DNA of 64,000 nucleotides from Candidatus Methanomethylicaceae archaeon (GTDB lineage Archaea; Thermoproteota; Methanomethylicia; Methanomethylicales; Methanomethylicaceae): NCBI GenBank assembly GCA_015660995.1, contig JACTUC010000002.1, positions 43,480 to 107,479 of the forward strand, read 5' to 3'. Shown piece by piece: positions 19,705 to 29,368 of this stretch (position 1 is its first letter; each line of letters starts with the position of its first letter). The notes under the pieces were generated by a model. It saw only the letters and a program-made list of their open reading frames with translations, ran no database searches and was not told where the DNA came from. The position numbers and the translations under genes were made by a program.

Positions 19705-20681
19705 ACAGTAACCCTGCCCCGCATATAAGACGCTTACCAATAAGCAAGTATCTCTCAACTTTGAAATACTTTTATGCGGACTATACCGCAAAGGACTACC
19801 GTTACCCTTTCTACTGCACTTTCAAGGTCATCCAGCGCTGCGATTCGAGATGCGAGTTCTGCGACGTTTGGAGGAATCCGATGCCTGATATGCCAAGGGA
19901 GAAGGTGCTCAGAATTATCGACAACGTGGCAAATTCCAGCGTCCTTCTGCTTAGCATAGAGGGGGGAGAGCCCCTCCTGCGCAGTGATATTGGTGAGATC
20001 CTGGAGTATATACGGACGAAGCCCCTCTACGTGCTTTTCACGACCAGTGGCAAGCTGATCGACAGGAGGCCCATGAAGGAATACGCCAAGCTCATGGACT
20101 TCCTTCACATTAGCATCGATGAAGGGCACAGGAACCTCGACCTCTACGATCACCTTCCTGAATTTGCGACTTGGGGGCCTATTGTCTGCGCACAGATCGT
20201 TGTGATGCGAGATTACCTCCAAGATCTAGAGTGGAAGATTGAGAAGTGCCACAAAGCAGGCACGAAGGCGGTAGTAATGCCCGCCGCCCACCTACCTGGC
20301 ACAGAGGACCTTCTGCCAGAAATAAACGCTTTCAGAAACGAGGTTTTGCGATTAAAGCAGAAATACCCGCAGACCATCATAACCACAGACAAGTACCTAA
20401 AGACGCTTGATGTGCCTTACAGTTGTAACACGTCGTCTTTGCGCGTAGACGCTGACGGCCGGCTCTATTATCCCTGCCAGATGTGCGTGGAGAAGACCAT
20501 CGACGCCTCCCAAGAGCCAATTCTCGAGTTCCTCCACTCCGGGAAAGCCATAGAATGCCGTGAGAAAATGAGGAGCTGTGGCATAAATTGCCACAGTTAT
20601 CTTTACTTCGCAATGGATTCTTCCCTTTCGTTGAGAAGCACCATCTCGGCGTTGATGCCATATGCACGCAGCCTCATTTAG
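19701..20681 (+). CDS. Radical SAM protein with C-terminal SPASM/twitch-like Cys region
   Basis: CDSRCEFC (CxxxCxxC), EGGEP, C-terminal Cys cluster; resembles archaeal PTO1314-type proteins from memory. Confidence 0.85.
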   Translation: MNSNPAPHIRRLPISKYLSTLKYFYADYTAKDYRYPFYCTFKVIQRCDSRCEFCDVWRNPMPDMPREKVLRIIDNVANSSVLLLSIEGGEPLLRSDIGEILEYIRTKPLYVLFTTSGKLIDRRPMKEYAKLMDFLHISIDEGHRNLDLYDHLPEFATWGPIVCAQIVVMRDYLQDLEWKIEKCHKAGTKAVVMPAAHLPGTEDLLPEINAFRNEVLRLKQKYPQTIITTDKYLKTLDVPYSCNTSSLRVDADGRLYYPCQMCVEKTIDASQEPILEFLHSGKAIECREKMRSCGINCHSYLYFAMDSSLSLRSTISALMPYARSLI

Positions 20682-20765
20682 CCTAAGGCTCCTGCGGATG
20701 GCCTAGGTTAATAGGAGTGGACGAGAAGGAGGCGTCCTGTAAATTTCTTTGCTTCAAAGCTCTCC

Positions 20766-21317
20766 TTACTCGTAGAGGACGCCCAGATCCTTAAGCTTCT
20801 GATATATTTTTTCAACTGCTATTTTTACCTCGTCCTCATGCTTCGCACCGGTGCAGACCATCTTGCCAGATGAGAAGATCAGGAGGACAACCTTCGGTGG
20901 GTTCATCCTATATATGAGCCCGGGGAACTGCTCCGGCTCATACATGACATTCTCGAGGAGGAACGCGGCCTTCTCAAGGTTCACCTCTGCGAACAGGTTG
21001 GCAGAAGCCACAATGTTCTGTATCTGGATCTCCGGAGTGCCGATGATCACTATATTCCTGTCCTTGAGGTTCTTGATTATCTTCTTGACAGCGTTGTGAA
21101 CCTCCTTCTCCGACTTTGCGCCGGTGCAGACCATCTTGCCCGATGAGAAGATCAGGGTTGCAGTGCGGGGCTTTGAGAGCCTGTAAACCAGGCCAGGGAA
21201 TTGCTCGGGGTTGTACTCCACCCCAGGCACATTCCCGGATATGGCGTCCAGATCTATTTTCTGGTTCATAGTGACTGAAGCGACCACATTTTCAATCTTA
21301 AGAGAAGGTTTCGACAA
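20766..21317 (-). CDS. tbp: TATA-box binding protein
   Basis: Two direct repeats NVVAS/NIVAS...[18 protein letters not shown]...[14 protein letters not shown]. Confidence 0.98.
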   Translation of the reverse strand: MSKPSLKIENVVASVTMNQKIDLDAISGNVPGVEYNPEQFPGLVYRLSKPRTATLIFSSGKMVCTGAKSEKEVHNAVKKIIKNLKDRNIVIIGTPEIQIQNIVASANLFAEVNLEKAAFLLENVMYEPEQFPGLIYRMNPPKVVLLIFSSGKMVCTGAKHEDEVKIAVEKIYQKLKDLGVLYE

Positions 21318-21358
21318 TAATTTCTCGCCCCAAAAATCAACTTAAGCTTAAAAAAGCT

Positions 21359-21976
21359 TTAAGGGGCTTTATAAAGGTTTTTTGTTGTGATTGCTTTTTC
21401 ATCATCAGTTATAGTGCCTTTCTTGCCCGTAGACATGGGGACGATAAGTATGATTAATAGGATGATAATGATCGCCGCGACCACAAAGGGGTTATTCGAC
21501 CAGAGGAAGAGGTATCCGACATAGGGCATGGACCAGACTATCCTGCCGATTACATTCCCCATCGGGATCCATGTAATCACGTTGCCAGGGTTCTCATCCG
21601 GGTTCAGGTTTGCGTCACCCTTCGTGAGAACGTAGTAGGTGCCATTGATCTCCTGCTTAGCGATTGCTCTGTGCGACCATGGCGCAGGGTCATATATCGT
21701 GCGGATCCAGTAATCGGTGATCTTGGTATTGGGCCAGTAAAATACCACAACATCGCCAACAGGCTTCGCGCCAGCAACCAAGTCTGCCCCGGAGACTTTC
21801 TGGATGAAAATTAGTGAACCCGTAGGTATAGTCGGCTCCATGCTGCCTGACTCCACTGCAGCTATGGGCAGGTTGGTTCCTGACACAGTCCTTGTGATTA
21901 TAGTGAACCCTCCTACCAACGCTATGAAGAGGATCAGGAGCAGCAGATAGCCCCTGGTTTCATTGGAAACCTTCAT
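21359..21976 (-). CDS. Signal peptidase I (S26B/Sec11-type)
   Basis: SGSMEP catalytic Ser, SHR His, TKGDAN...D, N- and C-terminal TM helices. Confidence 0.9.
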   Translation of the reverse strand: MKVSNETRGYLLLLILFIALVGGFTIITRTVSGTNLPIAAVESGSMEPTIPTGSLIFIQKVSGADLVAGAKPVGDVVVFYWPNTKITDYWIRTIYDPAPWSHRAIAKQEINGTYYVLTKGDANLNPDENPGNVITWIPMGNVIGRIVWSMPYVGYLFLWSNNPFVVAAIIIILLIILIVPMSTGKKGTITDDEKAITTKNLYKAP

Positions 21977-22905
21977 GCCTGCACCTGCTCCCTGACCGGA
22001 CCGAGCCCGAACTTCGCGGCTAGCATATCCGCCCTCTTTTGCACCTCTGCGACGTCCGCTTCCTTGAGGTGCTTGAACCTCCCCTGAATCTCAAGATACT
22101 TCTTCACTGGCTCGCGTTTGGGTACCTGAACCGTGAGCTTGGTCACACCATCCACAACCTCGTAGAGCGGCCAAAGCCCAGTTAACACTGCCAGCTTCCC
22201 AATGTCTATCCCGCTATCTGTGTCGAACCTCCAGCCAGTCGGGCACGGTGTTAGCACGTGCACAAGCGCGGGCCCCTCAACATCAAGAGCCCTCTTCACC
22301 TTATTCATAAGGTCGAAGGGGTACGATGGCGTGGCCGTTGCTGCGTAAGGAATGTTGTGCGCGACCGCTATGGCGACCAAATCTTTCTTCTCGGTTCTCT
22401 TCCCAGATGACATCTTGCCTGGCGGGCACGTGGTCGTTGCCGCGCAATAGGGCGTGGCAGAGCTCCTCTGGACCCCGGTGTTCATGTAAGCCTCGTTGTC
22501 ATAGCAGATATAGATAAAGTCGTGGCTCCTCTCCAGAGCCCCGCTCAATGCCTGAAGTCCGATATCGAAGGTCCCGCCGTCCCCCCCGAGGGCTATGATG
22601 TTGACTCTCTCAGTAGTCTTCTTCTTCCTGTAGAGCGCCTTCATAGCAGACTCGATGCCCGATGCAACTGCAGCGGTGTTCTCGAATGCGACATGCACCC
22701 ACGGCACTTTCCAAGCGCTCTGGGGGAAGTATGAGGTCGCCACCTCGACGCAGCCAGTTGCCGAGACAACCACCGTATCTCTGCCAGCCACCTTGAGGAT
22801 CTGCCTGATGGCGGTTGCTGCGGTGCAACCAGCGCAGAGGCGGTGCCCCGGCGCAAGGTACTCCTCCTTTGGCACGTCCTTTATGTTTCTGAAAGCCGTG
22901 CTCAT
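21973..22905 (-). CDS. porB: Pyruvate/2-oxoacid:ferredoxin oxidoreductase beta subunit
   Basis: GHRLCAGC, GGDGG TPP motif, NEAYMNTG, PCPTGW. Confidence 0.93.
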   Translation of the reverse strand: MSTAFRNIKDVPKEEYLAPGHRLCAGCTAATAIRQILKVAGRDTVVVSATGCVEVATSYFPQSAWKVPWVHVAFENTAAVASGIESAMKALYRKKKTTERVNIIALGGDGGTFDIGLQALSGALERSHDFIYICYDNEAYMNTGVQRSSATPYCAATTTCPPGKMSSGKRTEKKDLVAIAVAHNIPYAATATPSYPFDLMNKVKRALDVEGPALVHVLTPCPTGWRFDTDSGIDIGKLAVLTGLWPLYEVVDGVTKLTVQVPKREPVKKYLEIQGRFKHLKEADVAEVQKRADMLAAKFGLGPVREQVQA

Positions 22906-24068
22906 CCTCTTAACCCCACATAAATGCTAGGTTTCGAGCGGCCACTCTTCGCAGCCTCCTTCGTTGCCATAAACATCATTTCGAACTCCCCGATCGAAAC
23001 ATCCCTGCCCCCGAGCCCTGCGACAAAGCCTTGGAGGATTGGTCTCTTCTGCACACTGTAAAGACAGGACGCCACGTCCTCGTAGAGCGGGCTTGACGAT
23101 CCGCCCGGCGTAGTGGCCCTGTCCATGATGCCGATACCCCCAACGTCTCCAAGAATGCCAGCCAGCCTCTCGGATGGGAAAGGCCTAAAAGTTCTTATTG
23201 CAACAACTCCGACCTTCTCCCCCCTGCTGCGAAGACTTTCCGCCACAACCCTTGCAGTGCCAGTCATGGATCCCATAGTCAGGAGCACGTACTCCACATC
23301 ATCCATGAAGTAAGTGTAAATGTCGTCGTATGATCTGCCGAAGCGCTTGTTGAAGTCGCTCTCGATTTCCCTTATCCTTACCCTGCTCCTCTCCATTGCA
23401 TCAATTGCTTGGTACTTCATCTCGAAGTAGTACTCAGGCGGTCCAACAACCCCGATGCTGTAAGCAAGGCTGGGCGACAGCCTGTTCTTCATGGGTTTCG
23501 AGGGTATGTACTTCCTGACCTCCTCCTCATCCGGTATATTTACTGGCTCATAAGTGTGGCTCACTATGTACCCATCTAAGTTGACCATCACTGGTAGCTG
23601 CACATCCTCAGCTATCTTGAACGCCTCTACGGTCGTGTCGAAAACCTCCTGCGCAGACGACGCCCAGAGCTGGATCCATCCAGAGTCCCTCTCTGCCATT
23701 GCGTCACTGTGGTCATTCCATATGTTTAGCGGGGCGGAGAGAGCCCTGTTGACATTCGCCATCACGATCGGTGTCCTCAGCGCGGAAGCCATGAACAGGA
23801 CCTCGTGCATGTATGCTAACCCCTGGGAAGAAGTTGCAGTGAAGACCCTTGCGCCAGTGAGAGAGGCCCCAACGCAGGCGCTCAACGCCGAGTGCTCGGA
23901 CTCCACATTAATGTACTCAGCATCCAGTTCGCCGTTTGCCACGAACTCTGAGAGCTTCTCGACTATGGTCGTCTGCGGCGTAATCGGGTAAGCTGCGATT
24001 ACGTCTACGTCTGCCATCTTCACCGCATAGGCGGCGGCATAGTTCCCGCTGAGGCCCATCCTCTTCAT
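22902..24068 (-). CDS. porA: Pyruvate/2-oxoacid:ferredoxin oxidoreductase alpha subunit
   Basis: AYPITPQT, ESEHSA, TATSSQGL, NRALSAP. Confidence 0.93.
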   Translation of the reverse strand: MKRMGLSGNYAAAYAVKMADVDVIAAYPITPQTTIVEKLSEFVANGELDAEYINVESEHSALSACVGASLTGARVFTATSSQGLAYMHEVLFMASALRTPIVMANVNRALSAPLNIWNDHSDAMAERDSGWIQLWASSAQEVFDTTVEAFKIAEDVQLPVMVNLDGYIVSHTYEPVNIPDEEEVRKYIPSKPMKNRLSPSLAYSIGVVGPPEYYFEMKYQAIDAMERSRVRIREIESDFNKRFGRSYDDIYTYFMDDVEYVLLTMGSMTGTARVVAESLRSRGEKVGVVAIRTFRPFPSERLAGILGDVGGIGIMDRATTPGGSSSPLYEDVASCLYSVQKRPILQGFVAGLGGRDVSIGEFEMMFMATKEAAKSGRSKPSIYVGLRG

Positions 24069-24358
24069 GACTTTTCCTCCTTCACCATGGTTATTGCCTT
24101 CAAGGCGCAGGCTTTGCTACATATCCCGCAACCCTTGCAGTATGTAAGATTGATCTCATAGCTCCCGTCGTCGAGTATCTTTATCGCAGCCTCAGGGCAG
24201 TAGAGCCAGCACATCCCGCACTTCGTGCACTTCTTTTTGTCCAATTCCGGACGGTATGTCCTCCATGACTGGACATTGAACTGTGCGGAACTGCCCGGTT
24301 CTTCGACTGTCCCACCCTCCGGAATCTCCTTCCAGCCCTTAAGCCCCTGCTTGCTCAT
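24065..24358 (-). CDS. porD: 2-oxoacid:ferredoxin oxidoreductase delta subunit (2x[4Fe-4S])
   Basis: WR-x-x-RP, CxxCxxCxxxCP, YCKGCGIC. Confidence 0.93.
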   Translation of the reverse strand: MSKQGLKGWKEIPEGGTVEEPGSSAQFNVQSWRTYRPELDKKKCTKCGMCWLYCPEAAIKILDDGSYEINLTYCKGCGICSKACALKAITMVKEEKS

Positions 24359-24918
24359 TTGTTTTCGCCTCTGTCAAAAACTTTCGTCATCTGGTAAGCG
24401 CTTCTCACGGCATTTACGTTCTTCTCCGCATAGGCCTTGAACCTCTCCTTGAATATTGCTTCAAGTGTCTCCATCTTCACGATACCCATGACTCTGACCA
24501 GTGCGCCCAGTATGGCAGTGTTGGTTATGGGCGTGCCGAGTTCCTTGATAGCTATATTCGTGGCATCGACGGTAGCTATCCTCCCCGCGGCAGTAAATCT
24601 TTCGGCAAAATCCTTTGGCTCGAAGGCGGTGTTGAGAATTGCCGTTCCACCGGCCTTGAGACCTTGCTCCAGCCCCTCCATAGTCACAAGATTCTGGTCA
24701 AGAATCACCACGACGTCGGGCTCGTAGATCTGCGACCTTAGAAGGATCTCCTTCTCGCTTATTCTCGTAAAAGCCAGAACAGGCGCGCCTCGCCTCTCTG
24801 GTCCAAACGAGGCAAATGCCTGAGCATATCGCCCCTCGTTTATCACCGCCGTTGCCAGGATCTCTGCGGCTGTAACGGCGCCCTGCCCGCCCCTACCGTG
24901 CCACCTGATCTCGAGCAT
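24355..24918 (-). CDS. porG: 2-oxoacid:ferredoxin oxidoreductase gamma subunit
   Basis: EIRWHGRGGQG, FGPERRGAPV; start moved to MLEIRW. Confidence 0.93.
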   Translation of the reverse strand: MLEIRWHGRGGQGAVTAAEILATAVINEGRYAQAFASFGPERRGAPVLAFTRISEKEILLRSQIYEPDVVVILDQNLVTMEGLEQGLKAGGTAILNTAFEPKDFAERFTAAGRIATVDATNIAIKELGTPITNTAILGALVRVMGIVKMETLEAIFKERFKAYAEKNVNAVRSAYQMTKVFDRGENK

Positions 24919-25064
24919 CCAGAAGCACCCCACAGAATACGGTTTATCTTGCAATCACTGTGTTAAATGTCTACTGCCAAAAAAACGCAACTATCCGGAC
25001 CATTTCAAGGGCCTCCGCTATGATTAAATATCCTCTCAAATCATATCGGGTAAAAGGGATTGCT

Positions 25065-25508
25065 ATGTCATTGGACGCGCAAGCTGCAATCAACGACTGC
25101 CTAGATCAGGGAAAACCATTCGAAGTGAAGTATGATAACGGGGTACCGGCGATTGGCGAGGCCAAGGGGATCTCCAAAGTAAGCCTGTCACCAGACGAGG
25201 TGAAGAACGCAAAGATCAAGAAGGTCAGCAAGAGGAAGGTCATGAAGGAGCAAAAGGTCTTCGTGGGAAGCGCCTCAGAGATACTCCTGAAGAACAAGAT
25301 CCCATTCAAGGTAACCTTCGGGACGGATGAGTCCATCGTCAGGTTCGACCTTGACCACTATATACGGCTCTCACGCAACAAGGAGGAGGGAGGCAAGGAG
25401 AGGTGCATTGTTCTGGGTTTCAGCAGCCTCGACGAGCAGCCCGTTGCGCTTATTAAGGAGCTTCTCTCAACTTATCCGAACGTCAGGTTACTGACGCCCA
25501 AGAGATGA
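25065..25508 (+). CDS. Hypothetical protein
   Basis: Divergent from porG, host-like codon usage, no motif recognised. Confidence 0.6.
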   Translation: MSLDAQAAINDCLDQGKPFEVKYDNGVPAIGEAKGISKVSLSPDEVKNAKIKKVSKRKVMKEQKVFVGSASEILLKNKIPFKVTFGTDESIVRFDLDHYIRLSRNKEEGGKERCIVLGFSSLDEQPVALIKELLSTYPNVRLLTPKR

Positions 25509-25514
25509 ATTCTG

Positions 25515-25724
25515 ATGAGCAAGGAAGTCAAGCCGCCAAGCGTGATCTCAGGAATCCTGTTCGGGCTATCGCTCCTGCTCATGATTTCGCCCACCGTTGT
25601 CTATATCCTGCTCCTCAAGCTGAACTTCGCGATGCCCACCTACCAGGTGCAGATAGTTAGCTTGGTTCCCCTAGCAGCTGGCATAATCCTCTTGTTGGTA
25701 GCTAGAATGAGGAAGCTGGCCTAA
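25515..25724 (+). CDS. Small two-TM membrane protein
   Basis: Two hydrophobic helices; follows the previous ORF by 6 bp. Confidence 0.6.
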   Translation: MSKEVKPPSVISGILFGLSLLLMISPTVVYILLLKLNFAMPTYQVQIVSLVPLAAGIILLLVARMRKLA

Positions 25725-25731
25725 TCACCAT

Positions 25732-26235
25732 TCAGCAAAGATACATCTTCATCAGTTTTTGGTAGGCACTGTTAGCCTCCCTTACCCTAACCAGATCCTT
25801 CTCCTCAACCTTCCTCACCACTTTGGCCGGCATCCCCATCGCTATGGAGCCGCTGGGTATTATCTTCCCCTCGGGGACAAGAGCCCCCGCACCGAGTACG
25901 CAGCTATCACCGACTTCTGCCCCTGTCAAGACAATCGCGCCCATGGCTATTAGCGTCTGCCTCCCAATCTTGCAACCATGGATGACACAGCCATGGGCGA
26001 CAGTGGTCCAATCGCCTATAGACACCGGAAAACCAGGATCACTGTGCACGACCGTGCAGTCCTGTATACTGACCCCACGTCCGATAGTTATCTTCTCAAC
26101 ATCACCCCTCAGGACTGCCCCAGGCCAAACGTTGGCGCCCTCCTCCATAATAACATCCCCTATGACGACCGCTGCTTCATGCACAAAGGCGCCAGGATGC
26201 ATCGACGGCTTCCTGTCACCCAGGTTCCTGATCAC
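25732..26235 (-). CDS. Gamma carbonic anhydrase-family (hexapeptide repeat) protein
   Basis: LRGD, IQD-x-x-V-x-H, VAHG-x-x-IHGC His ligands. Confidence 0.9.
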   Translation of the reverse strand: MIRNLGDRKPSMHPGAFVHEAAVVIGDVIMEEGANVWPGAVLRGDVEKITIGRGVSIQDCTVVHSDPGFPVSIGDWTTVAHGCVIHGCKIGRQTLIAMGAIVLTGAEVGDSCVLGAGALVPEGKIIPSGSIAMGMPAKVVRKVEEKDLVRVREANSAYQKLMKMYLC

Positions 26236-26771
26236 GCCTCTCCCTCCAGGAGGATCACCCTGCTGATGTCAGCATCTATGAAATACTTGAACTTGAAAAC
26301 CTCGAACCATTCAGGCTTGTTCATCACACCCTGAAAACAGAAGCCTACGATGAAGCCCAGATGGCTCACCTCAGCCAGCCTCGATTTCAGCGCCACTGGA
26401 TCCACCTGTAACCTCTCTATGGCTAGCCCTCCAAGGAGAACCACAACATCAAAGCCCCTGTCGCCGGACAGCTTGCCTAAACTAAAACCAAAGCCCTCCC
26501 TGCGCTCAATCCGGGAGATCTTCTCAGGGCAGCCGTCAGGAGCGAAATAAATACAGTACGGCAGTTCCCTAATCCCGTAAGCAAGGAACTCAGCGAACGG
26601 CAGGCAAGTGAAAGGGGACCCCACGAAGAGGAGCCTCCCGCCACTGCCGTGTGCGAGAATCGCCTCTTTAAAACTCCTGCTTATACCTGCAAGTCCCCGG
26701 TCAGATGATTTTTCGATCATAAAACAGACCTCGCAGGTGACTAAGCCCTCGGTTAAATTTAAGTTCAACAT
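26232..26771 (-). CDS. DUF2124-like methanogen-associated protein
   Basis: F-x-GSPFTC-x-PFAE-x-L-x-Y, LLGGLA, GFCFQG pattern. Confidence 0.7.
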   Translation of the reverse strand: MLNLNLTEGLVTCEVCFMIEKSSDRGLAGISRSFKEAILAHGSGGRLLFVGSPFTCLPFAEFLAYGIRELPYCIYFAPDGCPEKISRIERREGFGFSLGKLSGDRGFDVVVLLGGLAIERLQVDPVALKSRLAEVSHLGFIVGFCFQGVMNKPEWFEVFKFKYFIDADISRVILLEGEA

Positions 26772-26847
26772 TCGAGATCTCCATTGGAGTTTTCGCTAAC
26801 CGAAAGAGTGAATAAAACCATGCAACAGAATAACCGAGAGGATCGTT

Positions 26848-27483
26848 ATGGCGGCGTCCTTGAAGTCGTTCATCGGTCAGATTTCAAAGACGGAGGCCCC
26901 CAAAGGGCCTTCTCCAGCTTTCAGCGCTTCCCATATCATCAAAGTGCTTCTTATCCTTGACTCCGAGCAGACCATGGGTCGGATTACTCTCTCGAAGCGG
27001 CTTGGCATTGGCGAAGGTTCTGTGAGGACAATAGTAAAAAAGCTCGTTGAGATGTTGGTGATCTCCGTAGACGCAGTGGGAGGTTGCCATCTGACGGATC
27101 TCGGGCAATCCTTGGTTACGGATCTAAAAACCATGATCATTGCCACTGCCGAAGTGCGATTGAGCAGCATGGGGATCAACCTCCCTGCCTATGCCATACA
27201 CCTCAGAGGGCTAAAGCTCGATGGCACCTCGCTGACAAGGTTGCGCGATATCGCAGTCAAGAATGGCGCCGATGGAATGGTAATCTTCTCCTACAGTGGG
27301 GGCCACATCTCTATGCCCCTGATGACGGAGGATGTCTACAGCGAATACCCTGAAACCATAAGAGATCTGAAATCTGGTTTTGACCTTAGAGATGGTGATT
27401 CGATCCTAATCGGCTTCTCTGCAAATAAGAACCAAGCAGAGATGGGCGCTCTTTCTGCTTTTATCTCTCTGATCAATGCCTAA
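26848..27483 (+). CDS. HTH transcriptional regulator, DUF4443-like
   Basis: GR-x-x-L-x-x-x-LGIGEGSVRT HTH; C-terminal RD-x-AVK-x-GA-x-G. Confidence 0.7.
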   Translation: MAASLKSFIGQISKTEAPKGPSPAFSASHIIKVLLILDSEQTMGRITLSKRLGIGEGSVRTIVKKLVEMLVISVDAVGGCHLTDLGQSLVTDLKTMIIATAEVRLSSMGINLPAYAIHLRGLKLDGTSLTRLRDIAVKNGADGMVIFSYSGGHISMPLMTEDVYSEYPETIRDLKSGFDLRDGDSILIGFSANKNQAEMGALSAFISLINA

Positions 27484-27531
27484 TTGTACACATAAATTAT
27501 ATATTGTGGTCAAGCCCATTATGGGAAGCAG

Positions 27532-28533
27532 GTGACAATATATATGAAAACATCTATTATTGTCGTCGCAATTGTCCTTATTGTAGTTGTAGGTGGAGGG
27601 GCTCTCGGAACCCTTTACTTCACAGGTTACTTCAACCAACAGCCGGTTACAGTTAGAGTTGGTTACTTAAATGGTGATCTTCACAATTTGTCACTTCATG
27701 TGGCCGTTGCAGAGGGATACTTCAACCAGAGTGGTATCCTAGTACAACTTATCGGTTATCCCAACGGACCTACACTAATGCAGAGCTTTGTCAAGGGGGA
27801 TCTCGACTTTGCTTACCTCGGTGTAGTGCCTGCCATGACCGCTCGGGCGAATGCACTTATTGCCAGCAACTCCAGCAGCCTAAGCCTACCAGTTGTCATA
27901 GGATCTGTCAACCAGGAGGGATCCGAAATTGTCGTCAACCAAGGAATTACGTCTATATCACAGCTTAACGGCACAACAATAGCAACACCCGGCGTCGGCA
28001 CAATACAGGATTTGCTGCTGACCCTCTTTGAACAGGAGAATGACATCAATTTCACAAAGGTGCCAAGCACCAATGCCCAACTCATAAGCCAGTTCAAGGC
28101 GGGTGAGTTCAATGGCTTCATGTCATGGGAGCCTACACCCTCGGTGGCAGTCGCCCAGGACAACGGAACCATTATCGCAACCTCCCACGATATCTTCCCA
28201 GATCATCAGTGCTGTGTCTTAGTGGTCTCAGACAAATTCCTTGCCTCCAACCCTGATGTGGTATCGAAGTTTGTAGCTGACCACAAAGAAGCCATGGACC
28301 TCATAAACTCCAATCCTGCAGAGGTCAAGGCGATAGCTGTCAATTATACAGGTTTCTCTGCAGCCATAATTAACACAGCCTACAGCAATATTCTCTTCAA
28401 CGAAACGGTAAACGTTGCCAGTGTCAAGACATTCATGCAAGACGAGATCGCTCTAGGCATTATAACCACAGTGAACAGCACCCAAGTCGATGCATTTATG
28501 AGTGGATTCATCGATAGCCAGTACGTTCATTGA
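27532..28533 (+). CDS. Sulfonate/nitrate-type ABC substrate-binding protein (SsuA/NMT1-like); candidate coenzyme M binder
   Basis: VRVGY, NG-x-x-L-x-x-x-F-x-x-G-x-LD-x-AY-x-G, WEP, HQCCVL; TM anchor. Confidence 0.82.
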   Translation: MTIYMKTSIIVVAIVLIVVVGGGALGTLYFTGYFNQQPVTVRVGYLNGDLHNLSLHVAVAEGYFNQSGILVQLIGYPNGPTLMQSFVKGDLDFAYLGVVPAMTARANALIASNSSSLSLPVVIGSVNQEGSEIVVNQGITSISQLNGTTIATPGVGTIQDLLLTLFEQENDINFTKVPSTNAQLISQFKAGEFNGFMSWEPTPSVAVAQDNGTIIATSHDIFPDHQCCVLVVSDKFLASNPDVVSKFVADHKEAMDLINSNPAEVKAIAVNYTGFSAAIINTAYSNILFNETVNVASVKTFMQDEIALGIITTVNSTQVDAFMSGFIDSQYVH

Positions 28534-28548
28534 CACTTCCACAATGAA

Positions 28549-29358
28549 GTGAAAACTGTGAGGTTGGGGATCCGCAGTTCGTATTACAAAGGCTTGAAAA
28601 GCATCATCGTAGGGCTCGCTTCCATCGTTACCTTCCTCTTGGCATGGGAAGCCGTGTTCCTAGTAATGAACAACCCTTTTTTTCTTCCCGGACCCTATCA
28701 AGTTTTCTTGGCTTTCATCAGGATCGCCACTTTGGGGGACATCAACCATGTGCCATTAGCCCTGCACGCCAGCGTAAGCCTCTATAGGGTTCTGTTAGGA
28801 TTTGTCGCTGGGGCGGTGACTGCTATTCCTCTTGGGCTTCTAATGGGCATGAGGACAACTGTAAGAAGCGCGGTCAATCCTATCATTGAGCCCCTGAGGT
28901 TCATCCCACCCATGGCTTGGATCCCACTTACCATTCTTCTGCTTGGGCTGAATGGCTACATCTTCATCATCTGGCTGGGGGTCTTCTTCCCTGTGCTCCT
29001 CAATACCATAGCAGGCGTAAGGCGTGCTTCGATCACCCTCGTAAATGTGGCAAAGACATTCGGAGCCAAAGATCTAACAATCCTGCGAAAGATAATCTTC
29101 CCAAGTGCCCTCCCAGAGATAATGACTGGCTTGAGGGTTGGAATGGGGATTGGGTGGATGTGTCTCGTAGCTGCTGAATTGATCATCCCCTCGGCCTATG
29201 GCCTCGGATACCTCATCGAGGAGTACTTCAATTATGCCCAGACTGACGTTGTGATAGTCGGCATGATTACAATTGGCTTGATTGGACTAGCCATCAACTA
29301 TTTTATGCTCTATGTTGAAAAACGCATGTTCCGATGGAGAGTTGATGTGGGCACATGA
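28549..29358 (+). CDS. SsuC/TauC-type ABC permease
   Basis: R-x-IPP-x-AW-x-PL, EAA-like loop AKTFGA, LP-x-I-x-TG-x-R, VAAE. Confidence 0.9.
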   Translation: MKTVRLGIRSSYYKGLKSIIVGLASIVTFLLAWEAVFLVMNNPFFLPGPYQVFLAFIRIATLGDINHVPLALHASVSLYRVLLGFVAGAVTAIPLGLLMGMRTTVRSAVNPIIEPLRFIPPMAWIPLTILLLGLNGYIFIIWLGVFFPVLLNTIAGVRRASITLVNVAKTFGAKDLTILRKIIFPSALPEIMTGLRVGMGIGWMCLVAAELIIPSAYGLGYLIEEYFNYAQTDVVIVGMITIGLIGLAINYFMLYVEKRMFRWRVDVGT

Positions 29359-29368
29359 GGCGTGGGCT

